DNA of 64,000 nucleotides from Escherichia coli (GTDB lineage Bacteria; Pseudomonadota; Gammaproteobacteria; Enterobacterales; Enterobacteriaceae): NCBI RefSeq assembly GCF_044324875.1, contig NZ_CP172185.1; one strand, 5' to 3'. Shown piece by piece: positions 34,132 to 43,723 of this stretch (position 1 is its first letter; each line of letters starts with the position of its first letter). The notes under the pieces were generated by a model. It saw only the letters and a program-made list of their open reading frames with translations, ran no database searches and was not told where the DNA came from. The position numbers and the translations under genes were made by a program.

Positions 34132-35697
34132 ATGTCCAGAAAGAGAAAATCCAGGAGCACTATGGAAACCTGTTTTAAGATCCTTCAGCTCAAGTTCGAC
34201 AAGAAGCTGACTAACCGTTGTATCGGACTGACGTTACACATCAGCGCCTCAACCGTTTTTGAGGTTCTTGCCCGCTTCAAAGCCTCTTCTCTGTCATGGC
34301 CATTACCTGCTGATATATCCCATGACACGCTGGAGAAACTCATTTTTCCGCCCAAAGACACCTTTGCATCAGAGCTTGTAATGCCTGACATGTTGTACTT
34401 CGATACGGAAATGAGAAAACCAGGTGTGACGCGGCAACTGTTGTGGATGGAATACAAGGCACAGGCGGGTAACAAAGCGATGGGATACTCGCACTTCTGC
34501 CGTTGCTACCGGGAGTGGAAAAAAACGCGACGTCTCTCCATGCGCCAGGAGCATCGTGCCGGCGAAAAGCTTTTTATCGACTTCTGTGGTCCTACGGTTC
34601 CTGTTATTAATCCGGACACCGGTGAGATACGCCGCGTGGCAATCTTCGTGGCCGTAATGGGGGCGTCCAACTATACCTACGTTGAAGCGTGCGAAGGTCA
34701 GGACATGATGTCATGGTTAAATGCCCACAGCCGTTGCCTGACCTTCCTGGGCGGCGTACCGAAGCTGCTCATCCCCGATAACCTCAGAAGCGCAGTGAAA
34801 AAGGCCGATCGATATGAGCCTGTCATCAACGACAGTTATCAGGCACTGGCTGAGCACTATGGCACGGTTATCATCCCGGCCCGACCACGCAAACCTAAAG
34901 ATAAACCAAAAGCAGAAAACGGCGTCCTCATCGTTGAACGATGGCTTCTTGCCCGCATCCGTAATGAAACCTTCCACACGCTCAGGGCGCTGAATGCGCG
35001 CCTTAGGGAGTTACTGACAGACATGAATAACCGGCCAATGAAGGGGTACGGCAATCAAACCCGTGCAGAACGCTTCCGCATACTGGATGCGCCAGCACTC
35101 TCTCCGCTGCCTCTGGCACCTTATGAATACACGGAATACAAAGCTGTGAAGGTTGGCCCTGACTACCACGTTGAATATGCCCGTCACTGGTACTCCGTTC
35201 CACACGAACTGGTCGGTCAGCGTCTGTCACTGAAGGCGGGGCAGTCGGTGGTACAGCTCTGGCACAAGGGGCAGTGTGTGGCGCAACATCCGCGCAGCAC
35301 ACATGAATATAAACACACAACCAATCCGCTTCACATGCCAGAGCGCCACCGGCAGCACGGGACATGGACACCGGAACGCCTGATCGAGCAGGGAAAACGT
35401 ACGGGCCCGTCCACAGGCCGGGTGGTTGAATCCATGCTGAAGGCAAAACCCCATCCGGAACTGGCTTATCGTGCAGTTCTGGGGCTGCTGGCACTTCAGA
35501 AAAAATACGGCCCGGAACGGCTGGAAAAGGCCTGTTACGTTGCCCTGCACTATAACGCCCCTGACAGACGCTTTATCGACAATCTGCTGCGTCACCATCG
35601 GGAGAACCTGGAGCTTCCATTATCCCGCCAGGGCGAACAACATCCGGCATATGCTTCAGAGCATGAAAACCTGCGTGGTCCGGGCTACTACCACTGA
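34132..35697 (+). CDS. istA: IS21-family transposase IstA
   Basis: N-terminal HTH region and DDE core typical of IstA; start ambiguous (ORF begins at 34051). Confidence 0.8.
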   Translation: MSRKRKSRSTMETCFKILQLKFDKKLTNRCIGLTLHISASTVFEVLARFKASSLSWPLPADISHDTLEKLIFPPKDTFASELVMPDMLYFDTEMRKPGVTRQLLWMEYKAQAGNKAMGYSHFCRCYREWKKTRRLSMRQEHRAGEKLFIDFCGPTVPVINPDTGEIRRVAIFVAVMGASNYTYVEACEGQDMMSWLNAHSRCLTFLGGVPKLLIPDNLRSAVKKADRYEPVINDSYQALAEHYGTVIIPARPRKPKDKPKAENGVLIVERWLLARIRNETFHTLRALNARLRELLTDMNNRPMKGYGNQTRAERFRILDAPALSPLPLAPYEYTEYKAVKVGPDYHVEYARHWYSVPHELVGQRLSLKAGQSVVQLWHKGQCVAQHPRSTHEYKHTTNPLHMPERHRQHGTWTPERLIEQGKRTGPSTGRVVESMLKAKPHPELAYRAVLGLLALQKKYGPERLEKACYVALHYNAPDRRFIDNLLRHHRENLELPLSRQGEQHPAYASEHENLRGPGYYH

Positions 35698-35713
35698 CAG
35701 AAGGAACAACAGT

Positions 35714-36469
35714 ATGAGTGATAACCTGTTAAACAAACTGACCCAACTGAAACTCCCGGCGATGGCCGGGAGCCTGATACGGCAGCGGGAAACGCCTCAG
35801 ACCTACGACGAACTGTCGTTCGAGGAAAGGCTGACGCTGCTGGTTGATGACGAGCTTCTGAGCAGGGAAAACAGCCGTGTGGCACGGTTGAGAAAAAATG
35901 CCGGCCTGAAATACCAGGCAACACCGGAAGGGCTGCGCTATCCGGCCTCAAGAGGTCTGCGGGCTGAACAGATGAGAGAACTGCTGAACGGCCACTACAT
36001 AACCCACAGGAAAAACCTGCTGATAACCGGTCCGACAGGATGTGGCAAGAGCTGGATAGCCAATGCGCTGGGCGAACAGGCATGTCGACAGAAACACAGC
36101 GTCCGGTACTGTAGAACCGGGCGATTACTGGAACAACTGGCTCAGGGACGTGTTGATGGCAGCTGGCTGAAATATCTGAAACAGTTGCAAAAAATACAGG
36201 TTCTAATCCTGGACGATCTGGGGCTGGAACAGTTAAGTAACGCCCAGTGTAATGACCTTCTGGAGCTCATAGAGGATCGTTACGGACAAAGCAGCACGAT
36301 AGTGGTAAGCCAGTTCCCGGTAGATAAATGGCATGGTCTGATGGAGAACCCAACAACAGCAGATGCCATCCTGGACAGACTGGTACATAACTCACACCGA
36401 GTGGTCCTTCAGGGAGAGTCACTGAGGAAAAATCCCCCGGTAGTGGAAAGCAGCGAAAAAACGCGTTAA
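35714..36469 (+). CDS. istB: IS21-family ATP-binding helper protein IstB
   Basis: Walker A GPTGCGKS and Walker B VLILDDLG; start MSDNLLNKL just after the istA stop. Confidence 0.85.
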   Translation: MSDNLLNKLTQLKLPAMAGSLIRQRETPQTYDELSFEERLTLLVDDELLSRENSRVARLRKNAGLKYQATPEGLRYPASRGLRAEQMRELLNGHYITHRKNLLITGPTGCGKSWIANALGEQACRQKHSVRYCRTGRLLEQLAQGRVDGSWLKYLKQLQKIQVLILDDLGLEQLSNAQCNDLLELIEDRYGQSSTIVVSQFPVDKWHGLMENPTTADAILDRLVHNSHRVVLQGESLRKNPPVVESSEKTR

Positions 36470-36759
36470 AAAGCGGTAGAAAAAGTTAAGTTCCCGGTTG
36501 ATCGAATGGATGCGAATCGCTGATCGGACTTCGATGCCAATCCGTGATCGAATAGAGCGGAATACGCAGGGAACCACACAGGGTATGGACAAACATAATA
36601 ACAATAACAGGATGAAAATATTGAATAAAAAATAAAAACCGAGACATCATCATTTGCAGTAATAGCCACCTCCTTACCGAAAAGTGTGAGTTGCCGGACA
36701 TTTTTTAAACGCATGATAAGGTCTGATGATACAGTCACCCTGCAACCAGGAGGTACATC

Positions 36760-37011
36760 ATGCGTATACGTGTTTTTGGTTACCGGCACTGCCCTTCAGT
36801 CCATCGCATCATGCATCACGCAACGCGAATCCCCGATGAAATGGAACCGGATGTTGTGTTTATTGATGTCGCGAAGCACAGTGTGACGCTGCGGGATATG
36901 GCTGACCGTGCAGGCTGCCCGGTGGATAACTTCCCGTGTGTGTTTGTTGATGATGTGTATCTGGAGCCCCTTCCACCAGAGCCGGGCAAACCGCACTTTA
37001 CATACTGCTGA
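36760..37011 (+). CDS. Glutaredoxin-fold small protein with atypical CPSV active-site position
   Basis: 83-aa ORF; the pattern IRVFGYRHCPSVHRI ... NFPCVFVDD parallels the glutaredoxin CPYC and TVPQIFI motifs; RBS AGGAGG upstream. Confidence 0.5.
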   Translation: MRIRVFGYRHCPSVHRIMHHATRIPDEMEPDVVFIDVAKHSVTLRDMADRAGCPVDNFPCVFVDDVYLEPLPPEPGKPHFTYC

Positions 37012-37178
37012 ATATTTATTACCGGATATGGACAATCGCTTTCATTCGGGATAAAAAATACTGCGCGTTCCTGGTTTATTTTGCGTTGCTGTCATGACGT
37101 GTTTGCCTTCATTGCCGGGATCGCGCACTTTTTGTTATAACTCCCCGGAGGACACTGTCTGTAATCAGATGGAAACCT

Positions 37179-37613
37179 TTATCTCAGTGATGTCCTGGTT
37201 AATACAGAATACTGCCCCGGACCAAGTAACATAATGGCAATCCCCCCCATGAAATACAGCATTTCATTTTCAAGCCCCCACGCCCCTACTTCAGTCAGTG
37301 TGAAAAACTTCCCTGTTCCGACCAGAAGCGTGGCAACAATCAGTGTCAGCGCATAAATCAGAGCAGCAGGTCTGGTAAATATCCCAAGAATGATAAGTAC
37401 CGGAGCCACGATTTCACCAATATACACACCATAGGCAATAAATCCTGGCAAACCAGCATCCTGCAACATTGATATAATCCAGTTGACACCGTGCTCTATT
37501 TTGGCCACACCATGGAACAGCATCAATATACCAAATGTCAGTCTCAGCAACAGAAGACCTGTATCCGGGTAGTCTGTCAGTCTGGTAAAGAACATATTTA
37601 TTCTTGCTGGCAT
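37179..37613 (-). CDS. DoxX-family membrane protein
   Basis: 144-aa ORF with four hydrophobic helices and DoxX-like N-terminal LLRLTFGILMLFHG. Confidence 0.65.
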   Translation of the reverse strand: MPARINMFFTRLTDYPDTGLLLLRLTFGILMLFHGVAKIEHGVNWIISMLQDAGLPGFIAYGVYIGEIVAPVLIILGIFTRPAALIYALTLIVATLLVGTGKFFTLTEVGAWGLENEMLYFMGGIAIMLLGPGQYSVLTRTSLR

Positions 37614-38219
37614 AAAAAACCTCGTTAAACGATAACAGATAATGAAGAAACTATTATCGTTGAGTCGACACCATCAATTGACCAGATATTTCTGACATTC
37701 ATAATCAAAAAATTTGACAAAACTGTAAACGTTCGCTTTTTATACCAACACAGAATCCACTCAGTCACACAACCTGTATGCGTCATTTCCTGCTGTTATT
37801 TAAAAAATTTCTCACGTAACAGACATTTCAAAAAAACACTAAAAAATACCAGAACAATTAAGATAATATTACGATCAAATAAGTAAAAGTCTTTTGTCTG
37901 TTATTTTTATTTTCTGTGATTACTGTCATTCTTTCACCACTTTAATTAACATCGCATAATAATCCGGGAGGTGGATAAGATATGAAAATTAACTATCCTT
38001 TACTGGCGCTGGCGTTGAATTATTACCTGTAGAGCTCACTCCGGATGAGCAGAAAGAACCGATGGTGGCTCTTACTCCACTTTTATCCACTCCTTCACAC
38101 AGCACTGTCAGTGCAGGTGCCTGAAAGATCTCGTTCCGTCACGGTAAAATGACGCTGGAAAATTCTTCACCAGAACTGCTCACTGTGTTAATTCGTGAAC
38201 TGACCTGGGGGGAATGCGT

Positions 38220-38376
38220 GGTACCCTGCTGTACGGACTAATCGGAACCTGTCGGTTGAACGGTATCGATCCGGAAGCGTATCTGCGCCATATCCTGAAC
38301 GTTCTACCGGAATGGCCTTCCTGCATGGTTGATGAACTCCTGCCATGGAATATGGTGCTCCCATTGGGGTAAGCGT
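38220..38376 (+). pseudogene. IS66-family transposase (TnpC) C-terminal remnant with terminal GTAAGCG motif
   Basis: Translation GTLLYGLIGTCRLNGIDPEAYLRHILNVLPEWPSCMVDELLPWNMVLPLG closely parallels the C-terminus of the TnpC at 40167-41618; ends in GTAAGCG. Confidence 0.7.
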
Positions 38377-38495
38377 CAATACGGCGTTCGCTTAACTTAA
38401 CACTTACTTTCAAAGCCTGATATCTGTCCTACGCTTTTCCTCAATACCACATCGCCAGCAGGAAACAACCTAATGCCTGTGTTGGGGTCTGAATT

Positions 38496-38558
38496 ACTAA
38501 TGATAATCATTTGCATTGTGTATAGCTTATGCTATAAAACATAGCCGTTGCTATGTTT
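38496..38558 (+). promoter_or_regulatory. sitA promoter region with Fur box and MntR box
   Basis: Fur-box-like ACTAATGATAATCATTTGC at 38496-38514; perfect MntR-type palindrome AAACATAGC-CGTT-GCTATGTTT at 38537-38558, preceded by the related TATAGC-TTAT-GCTATA. Confidence 0.75.
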
Positions 38559-38590
38559 GTTCTAATTTTACTCACTATAGGTACTGAATT

Positions 38591-39505
38591 ATGCACTCAA
38601 TAAAAAAAGTAACCATGCTCCTGGGGTGCCTCGCCCTCACCTGCTCGATAGCATTTCAGGCGAGTGCAACTGAAAAATTCAAGGTCATTACAACATTTAC
38701 CATCATCGCAGATATGGCCAAAAACGTGGCTGGAGATGCTGCAGAAGTCTCATCCATAACCAGGCCCGGTGCAGAAATTCATGAGTATCAGCCTACCCCT
38801 GGCGATATTAAACGTGCGCAGGGGGCACAACTGATTCTCGCCAACGGTATGAATCTGGAATTGTGGTTCCAGCGCTTTTACCAGCATCTCAGTGGTGTTC
38901 CAGAAGTGATTGTCTCTTCGGGTGTGACGCCAGTAGGGATCACCGAAGGCCCCTACGAGGGAAAACCTAACCCTCATGCCTGGATGTCGCCAGATAATGC
39001 TTTGATTTACGTCGATAATATTCGTGATGCGTTGATAAAATACGATCCGGCAAATGCAAAAACATACCAACGTAATGCCGATACTTATAAAGCCAAGATT
39101 ACCCAAACCCTTGCCCCCCTGCGTAAGCAGATTGCTGAACTCCCTGAGAATAAAAGATGGATGGTCACCAGTGAAGGGGCTTTTTCTTATCTCGCACGCG
39201 ATTTGGGGCTAAAAGAGCTTTATCTGTGGCCGATAAATGCCGATCAACAAGGAACACCCCAGCAGGTACGTAAAGTGGTTGATATAGTGAAGAAAAATAA
39301 TATCCCAGCGGTATTTAGTGAGAGTACGGTTTCCGATAAACCAGCGCGTCAGGTTGCGCGTGAAACCGGCGCACACTACGGCGGTGTGCTCTATGTCGAT
39401 TCCCTGAGCACAGAAAACGGCCCGGTACCTACGTATATCGACCTTCTGAAGGTTACTACCAGTACGCTGGTGCAGGGAATTAAAGCCGGGAAAAGGGAGA
39501 AGTAA
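38591..39505 (+). CDS. sitA: Periplasmic Mn/Fe-binding protein of the Sit ABC importer
   Basis: 304-aa ORF with signal peptide and cluster A-I (TroA/ZnuA-like) solute-binding fold; metal-responsive operators upstream. Confidence 0.85.
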   Translation: MHSIKKVTMLLGCLALTCSIAFQASATEKFKVITTFTIIADMAKNVAGDAAEVSSITRPGAEIHEYQPTPGDIKRAQGAQLILANGMNLELWFQRFYQHLSGVPEVIVSSGVTPVGITEGPYEGKPNPHAWMSPDNALIYVDNIRDALIKYDPANAKTYQRNADTYKAKITQTLAPLRKQIAELPENKRWMVTSEGAFSYLARDLGLKELYLWPINADQQGTPQQVRKVVDIVKKNNIPAVFSESTVSDKPARQVARETGAHYGGVLYVDSLSTENGPVPTYIDLLKVTTSTLVQGIKAGKREK

Positions 39506-39640
39506 TGATGCAATCTGCGGGTATTGTCGTTAATGGCGTTACTGTCACCTAGCGAAACGGGCAGAAAGCACTGCGCGATGCATCCTTCACAGTACCAGGC
39601 GGATCTATTGCCGCTCTGCTTGGGGTAAACGGTTCCGGTG
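39505..39640 (+). pseudogene. sitB: sitB (ABC ATPase) 5' fragment with in-frame TAG at codon 15, then truncated at an IS66-family junction
   Basis: MMQSAGIVVNGVTVT-stop-RNGQKALRDASFTVPGGSIAALLGVNGSG, then loss of ABC-ATPase sequence. Confidence 0.75.
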
Positions 39641-40129
39641 AAATCGTCTTGACACGTTTCTGGGCTCGTCATCAGCGGTTGTTGCGAATGATCGCCGCCC
39701 TGCGATGGTTGATTTATTTTATTGCGCCCCGGCGTCTGCCTTGCCAGGTACCGGAGGCGGGCTCTGAAGGACTGAGTAGGGTGAGCGCGTCAGGCCGCGA
39801 AGTACTGACACGGGAGTTTGTGGCAGGCAGTGAAGTCCTGACCAGGGTAAGGGAGGCGCTGACGTGCAGGTCCTGACTGTCAGCCAGGCGCATGGTGACT
39901 GACTTTCTCAATAACCCGCTGTCAGGCGCTCAACGCCCGACAGCAGGCCATGGCCCGGTGTGCAAAGACCTGACGGCAGGTGTTGTGTCACCCGGAGAAG
40001 GTAAATCCCTCAAGAGGCAGCAGCTCAGCCAGTCGGTCCTCAGGCCACTCCGGCAGGCGCGTCAGTACGTCCGTCAGCCAGGCATGTGGCTCCAGACCAT
40101 TACGCTTTGCTGTTTCCAGAAGACTCATT
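39641..40129 (-). mobile_element. IS66-family remnant (second copy, 3' end only)
   Basis: Minus-strand translation of about 39985-40129 gives MSLLETAKRNGLEPHAWLTDVLTRLPEWPEDRLAELLPL, a TnpC C-terminal motif distinct from the neighbouring copy. Confidence 0.6.
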
Positions 40130-40166
40130 GTAAGCGTACAGCGAGGGCCGTATTGACGGGGATGTG

Positions 40167-41728
40167 TTATTCAGCTGGCAGTGCTATGCGCCACGGAAGC
40201 AGTTCGCTGACCCGGTTGACCGGCCAGTCTGCTATGACGCCAAGCACATGGCGAAGGTAGCTTTCTGGATCCACGTCATTCAGTTTGCACGTCCCTATCA
40301 GGCTGTACAGTAGCGCTCCCCGCTCACCACCATGGCCAGAGCCGAAGAACAGGAAGTTTTTACGACCCAGACTTACCGCCCGCAGGGCATTTTCAGCGAT
40401 GTTGTTGTCGATTTCCACCCAGCCATCGTTCGCATAGTACGTCAGTGCCGGCCACTGGTTAAGTGCGTACGCGAACGCCTTCGCCAACTCTGAGTGTCGC
40501 GACAGGGTCTTCATCTTTTCACGCAACCAGCTTTCCAGGGATTTCAACAGCGGTTTCGTTTTTCGCTGACGTTCAGCAAGCCGCTGCTCTGCCGGCATTC
40601 CCCTTATATCCGCCTCTATGGCGTACAACTGACCGATCTGCTCCAGGGCTTCTTCCGTCAGTGCTGACGGGATGCGGACGTGCACATCGTGGATCTTTCG
40701 GCGGGCATGAGCCCAGCAGGCAGCTTCCGTTATCCCACCATTGCGATACAGCTCGTTGAACCCGGCGTACGCATCCGCTTGCAGCACACCGCTGAAGCAA
40801 GCAAGATGAGTCTGCGGATGGATGCCTTTTCTGTCCGGGCTGTAAGCGAACCACACTGCAGGTGCCAACGCTGACCCGGCATTGCGGTCATCACGAACAT
40901 ACACCCACAGCCGGCCCGTCCGGGTTTTACCGCTCCCCGGCTCCAGCACTTTCACCGGGGTATCGTCCGTGTGCTGTTTGCTGCTCTCCATCACGTAGCG
41001 GTTCAGCGCATCGTGCAGGGGACTGAGTCGTTCTGCGGTCATCGCCACCCACCGGACCAGCGTGTTTCGGCTCAGTTCCACACCCTGGCGGCTGAAGATG
41101 ACGGACTGACGATGCAGCGGGGTATGGTCACAGTATTTACTCACCAGGATGCGGGCCAGCAGGCCCGCACCGGCCACACTGCGGGTCAGAGGTTTCGGGA
41201 GGAGTGGGGCCTGGACTATCACATCGCAGCGGCTGCAGGCCAGCTTCGGGCGCACCGTTTCGATGACCTTAAAGGCGCTGCGGATTATCTCCAGTTGCTC
41301 TGAGACGGTTTCACTCATCACCTTCAGGTCGCCGCCGCATTTCGGGCAGACAGTCACTGTCGGGGTGATGCGCCGGGTTTCACGTGGCAGGTCTGCCGGC
41401 AGTTTCTGACGACGGGAGCGGCGTGCAGGCCGGTCCTGTGGGGCGACCGCCACCGGGGGCTCTGCCTGCTCAACCGTACTGACAGTGGGCTCATCGTCCT
41501 GCAGACAGCGTTTTGCCGCTGCAAGACGGTTTTCCAGCTCAGCCAGCCGCTTCTCTGCCTGGCGGATTTTATTTTCCAGTTTATTGCGGCTTTTCTCTGA
41601 ACTCTGCCCGAACAGCATCCGCCGCAGCTTATCAACTTATCAAGCTGTGCCTTCAGCCGTTCGATTTCCTGTTCGTAGTCGGCAACCTGTCCGGCGTACT
41701 GGCGCAGCCGGGCCTGCTGCTTTTTCAT
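40167..41728 (-). pseudogene. tnpC: IS66 transposase TnpC disrupted by an 8-bp tandem duplication
   Basis: N-terminal 90 codons lie in one frame (ORF 41354-41728) and the remainder in another (40167-41618); tandem CTTATCAA duplication at 41628-41643. Confidence 0.8.
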
Positions 41729-41837
41729 GGTAACATTTAGCTGTTACACAGCAACCTGCTGCTGACGCAACAGGGCTTTCAGCTGGTCGATATTATCAGG
41801 AAGCGGGATATTTTTCATCCTGCCCAGGTAAAGGGAT

Positions 41838-42185
41838 TCAGATCCGCAGACTATTACTTTTCGACCTTCCCGGTTGCATCCAGACTATACCCTCCAGCAG
41901 CATGGCAAGCTGTGCCGGGGTCAGATACACCTTTCCCTCCCGGGCGACCGGCCAGATGAACGTTCCCCGTTCAAGTCTTTTCATATAGATGCAGAGCCCT
42001 CCGCTGTCTGCCCACAGGAGTTTTACCAGCCTGCCCCTGCGTCCCCGGAAGATGAAGAGATGGCCGGAGATCGGGTCATCCTTCAGGGTGTTCTGGACCT
42101 TTGCGGCCAGACCGTTGAAGCCGTTTCTCATGTCGGTGATGCCGGCCACGAGCCAGATACGGCTGCCAGCCGGAAGCGTAATCAT
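41838..42185 (-). CDS. tnpB: IS66 accessory protein TnpB (orf2)
   Basis: 115-aa ORF with conserved IS66 orf2 sequence. Confidence 0.8.
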   Translation of the reverse strand: MITLPAGSRIWLVAGITDMRNGFNGLAAKVQNTLKDDPISGHLFIFRGRRGRLVKLLWADSGGLCIYMKRLERGTFIWPVAREGKVYLTPAQLAMLLEGIVWMQPGRSKSNSLRI

Positions 42186-42592
42186 ACTGTGCTCCTGCCG
42201 GCGAGTTCGCGGACGATCCGGAGCTGTATCTCCGGGTCAGGATTGTCGAGTGTGAGGGTGCCGTGGCGAAGCGTCAGCGAGCAGGTTGACCCCGTTCCCT
42301 GACCAGACAGAGCCGGAGACTGCCGGGTGGTGGAGTCAGGTACAATTTCGACCGGAAATGCCGCAGGAGGGGATACAGATGGAACGGGAGCTGGCAGCCG
42401 GCGGAATACCCGGCCTTCTTTACGCCACAGACGGATCCATTTAAAAAGGACGTTATCGTTGACCCCGTGCGTACGGGCAATATCCGCAACATTGGCGTCC
42501 GGTCGGGTAGCCAGTTCGACCAGCCTGAGTTTGAATTCGCTGGAATAAACGCGGCGGGGTTCGGTCCGCCAGGCCCGGGTTTCAGATTCCAT
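42182..42592 (-). CDS. tnpA: IS66 accessory protein TnpA (orf1, HTH)
   Basis: 136-aa ORF overlapping tnpB by 4 nt; HTH-like N-terminus. Confidence 0.8.
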   Translation of the reverse strand: MESETRAWRTEPRRVYSSEFKLRLVELATRPDANVADIARTHGVNDNVLFKWIRLWRKEGRVFRRLPAPVPSVSPPAAFPVEIVPDSTTRQSPALSGQGTGSTCSLTLRHGTLTLDNPDPEIQLRIVRELAGRSTV

Positions 42593-42729
42593 AACTTAGA
42601 TGTCCGTCTGTTTCAGATGGGCGTCTAAGTTAGCGTTTTCACTCGACTGCCTGAAGACGTCTCTGACGGGTCGCTTACGTAAAATCAACCACGGGAAGCT
42701 CAACGGTGAAGTACTTTACCAGTTGATCA

Positions 42730-42969
<240 letters not shown>

Positions 42970-43221
42970 AATGGCAGGTTACTACCAAACGAATTGGAAA
43001 ATAGATACTGGAAAAAAATTTAAAATCGTGATCATTTTTTGTTGACCACTACAAACATTTATGTTTTTTTATGCGAATGAAGTTATCCTTCCTTTCTGCC
43101 TGGTTGTCTCATTCATACAGATATCTGGCAGACATAACTTGTTGTGAAAAGTAGATGCTTACCGCATGTCTGATGCACTTTTGTATAAAGGCAAAGTATT
43201 TCAGCAAATGGAAATGATTAT

Positions 43222-43723
43222 ATGAACAACACAGACTCATTAGAAAAAATAATCAAACATCAACAAAACAACGATCCAAAATACCCCTGCCAGGAGCATC
43301 TGTTGATACAACTCTGTATCCGCGTAAACAAAAAAAATACAGGATAATATATCGAGTTTACTCAGTGGATATGGAATAAATTATTCAACATATATGGTTC
43401 TTACCATATTATCCACAGCAGATAATCATTGTCTTTCGCCCTCAAAGATAAGCAGAGAACTCCAGTTTACCAGAACAAACATTACCCGCATTACAGATTT
43501 TTTAGAAAAAGCAGGGTATATAGAAAGAACTGATAGCAGAGAGGATCGCCGTGCTAAAAAAATCAGTCTGACATCAGATGGTCTGTCCTTTATTCAGAAC
43601 GTCAATATTGCACAAAGTCTGCACCTGAAAGAAATCTGGAGCCCGCTGACCCATGTAGAGTGTGAACTGTTTGAAGACATTAATAAAAAATTACTGACGC
43701 ATATTGCTGATGTGTGTCCCTAA
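43222..43723 (+). pseudogene. MarR-family regulator resembling the PapX/SfaX/FocX group, frameshifted in an A8 tract
   Basis: ORF MNNTDSLEKIIKHQQNNDPKYPCQEHLLIQLCIRVNKK stops at 43345; the +1 frame continues as IQDNISSLLSGYGINYSTYMVLTIL...TRTNITRITDFLEKAGYIERTDSREDRRAKKISLT (winged helix); A8 run at 43330-43337. Confidence 0.65.

Larger units (their letters stand above)
33925..36570 (+). mobile_element. IS21-family insertion sequence (istA-istB) with multiple terminal repeats
   Basis: Tandem TTTGGCAT-containing repeats at 33925-34060 and related GATGCCAA repeats at 36480-36560 bracket the istA/istB pair; ends approximate. Confidence 0.75.
40130..42679 (-). mobile_element. IS66-family insertion sequence (tnpA-tnpB-tnpC), about 2.55 kb
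   Basis: Ends GTAAGCG at 40130-40136 and CGCTTAC at 42673-42679; three-ORF IS66 organisation. Confidence 0.8.

Noticed and set aside
35003-36083. Minus-strand ORFs (163 aa, 123 aa, 131 aa) within the IS21-family element
   Set aside because: Antisense to istA and istB, which have clear Walker and DDE motifs
37620-38200. AT-rich non-coding stretch with a tiny ORF at about 37982 (MKINYPLLALALNYYL)
   Set aside because: Too short and without supporting signals; possibly a leader-peptide-like remnant, but there is no adjacent gene for it to regulate
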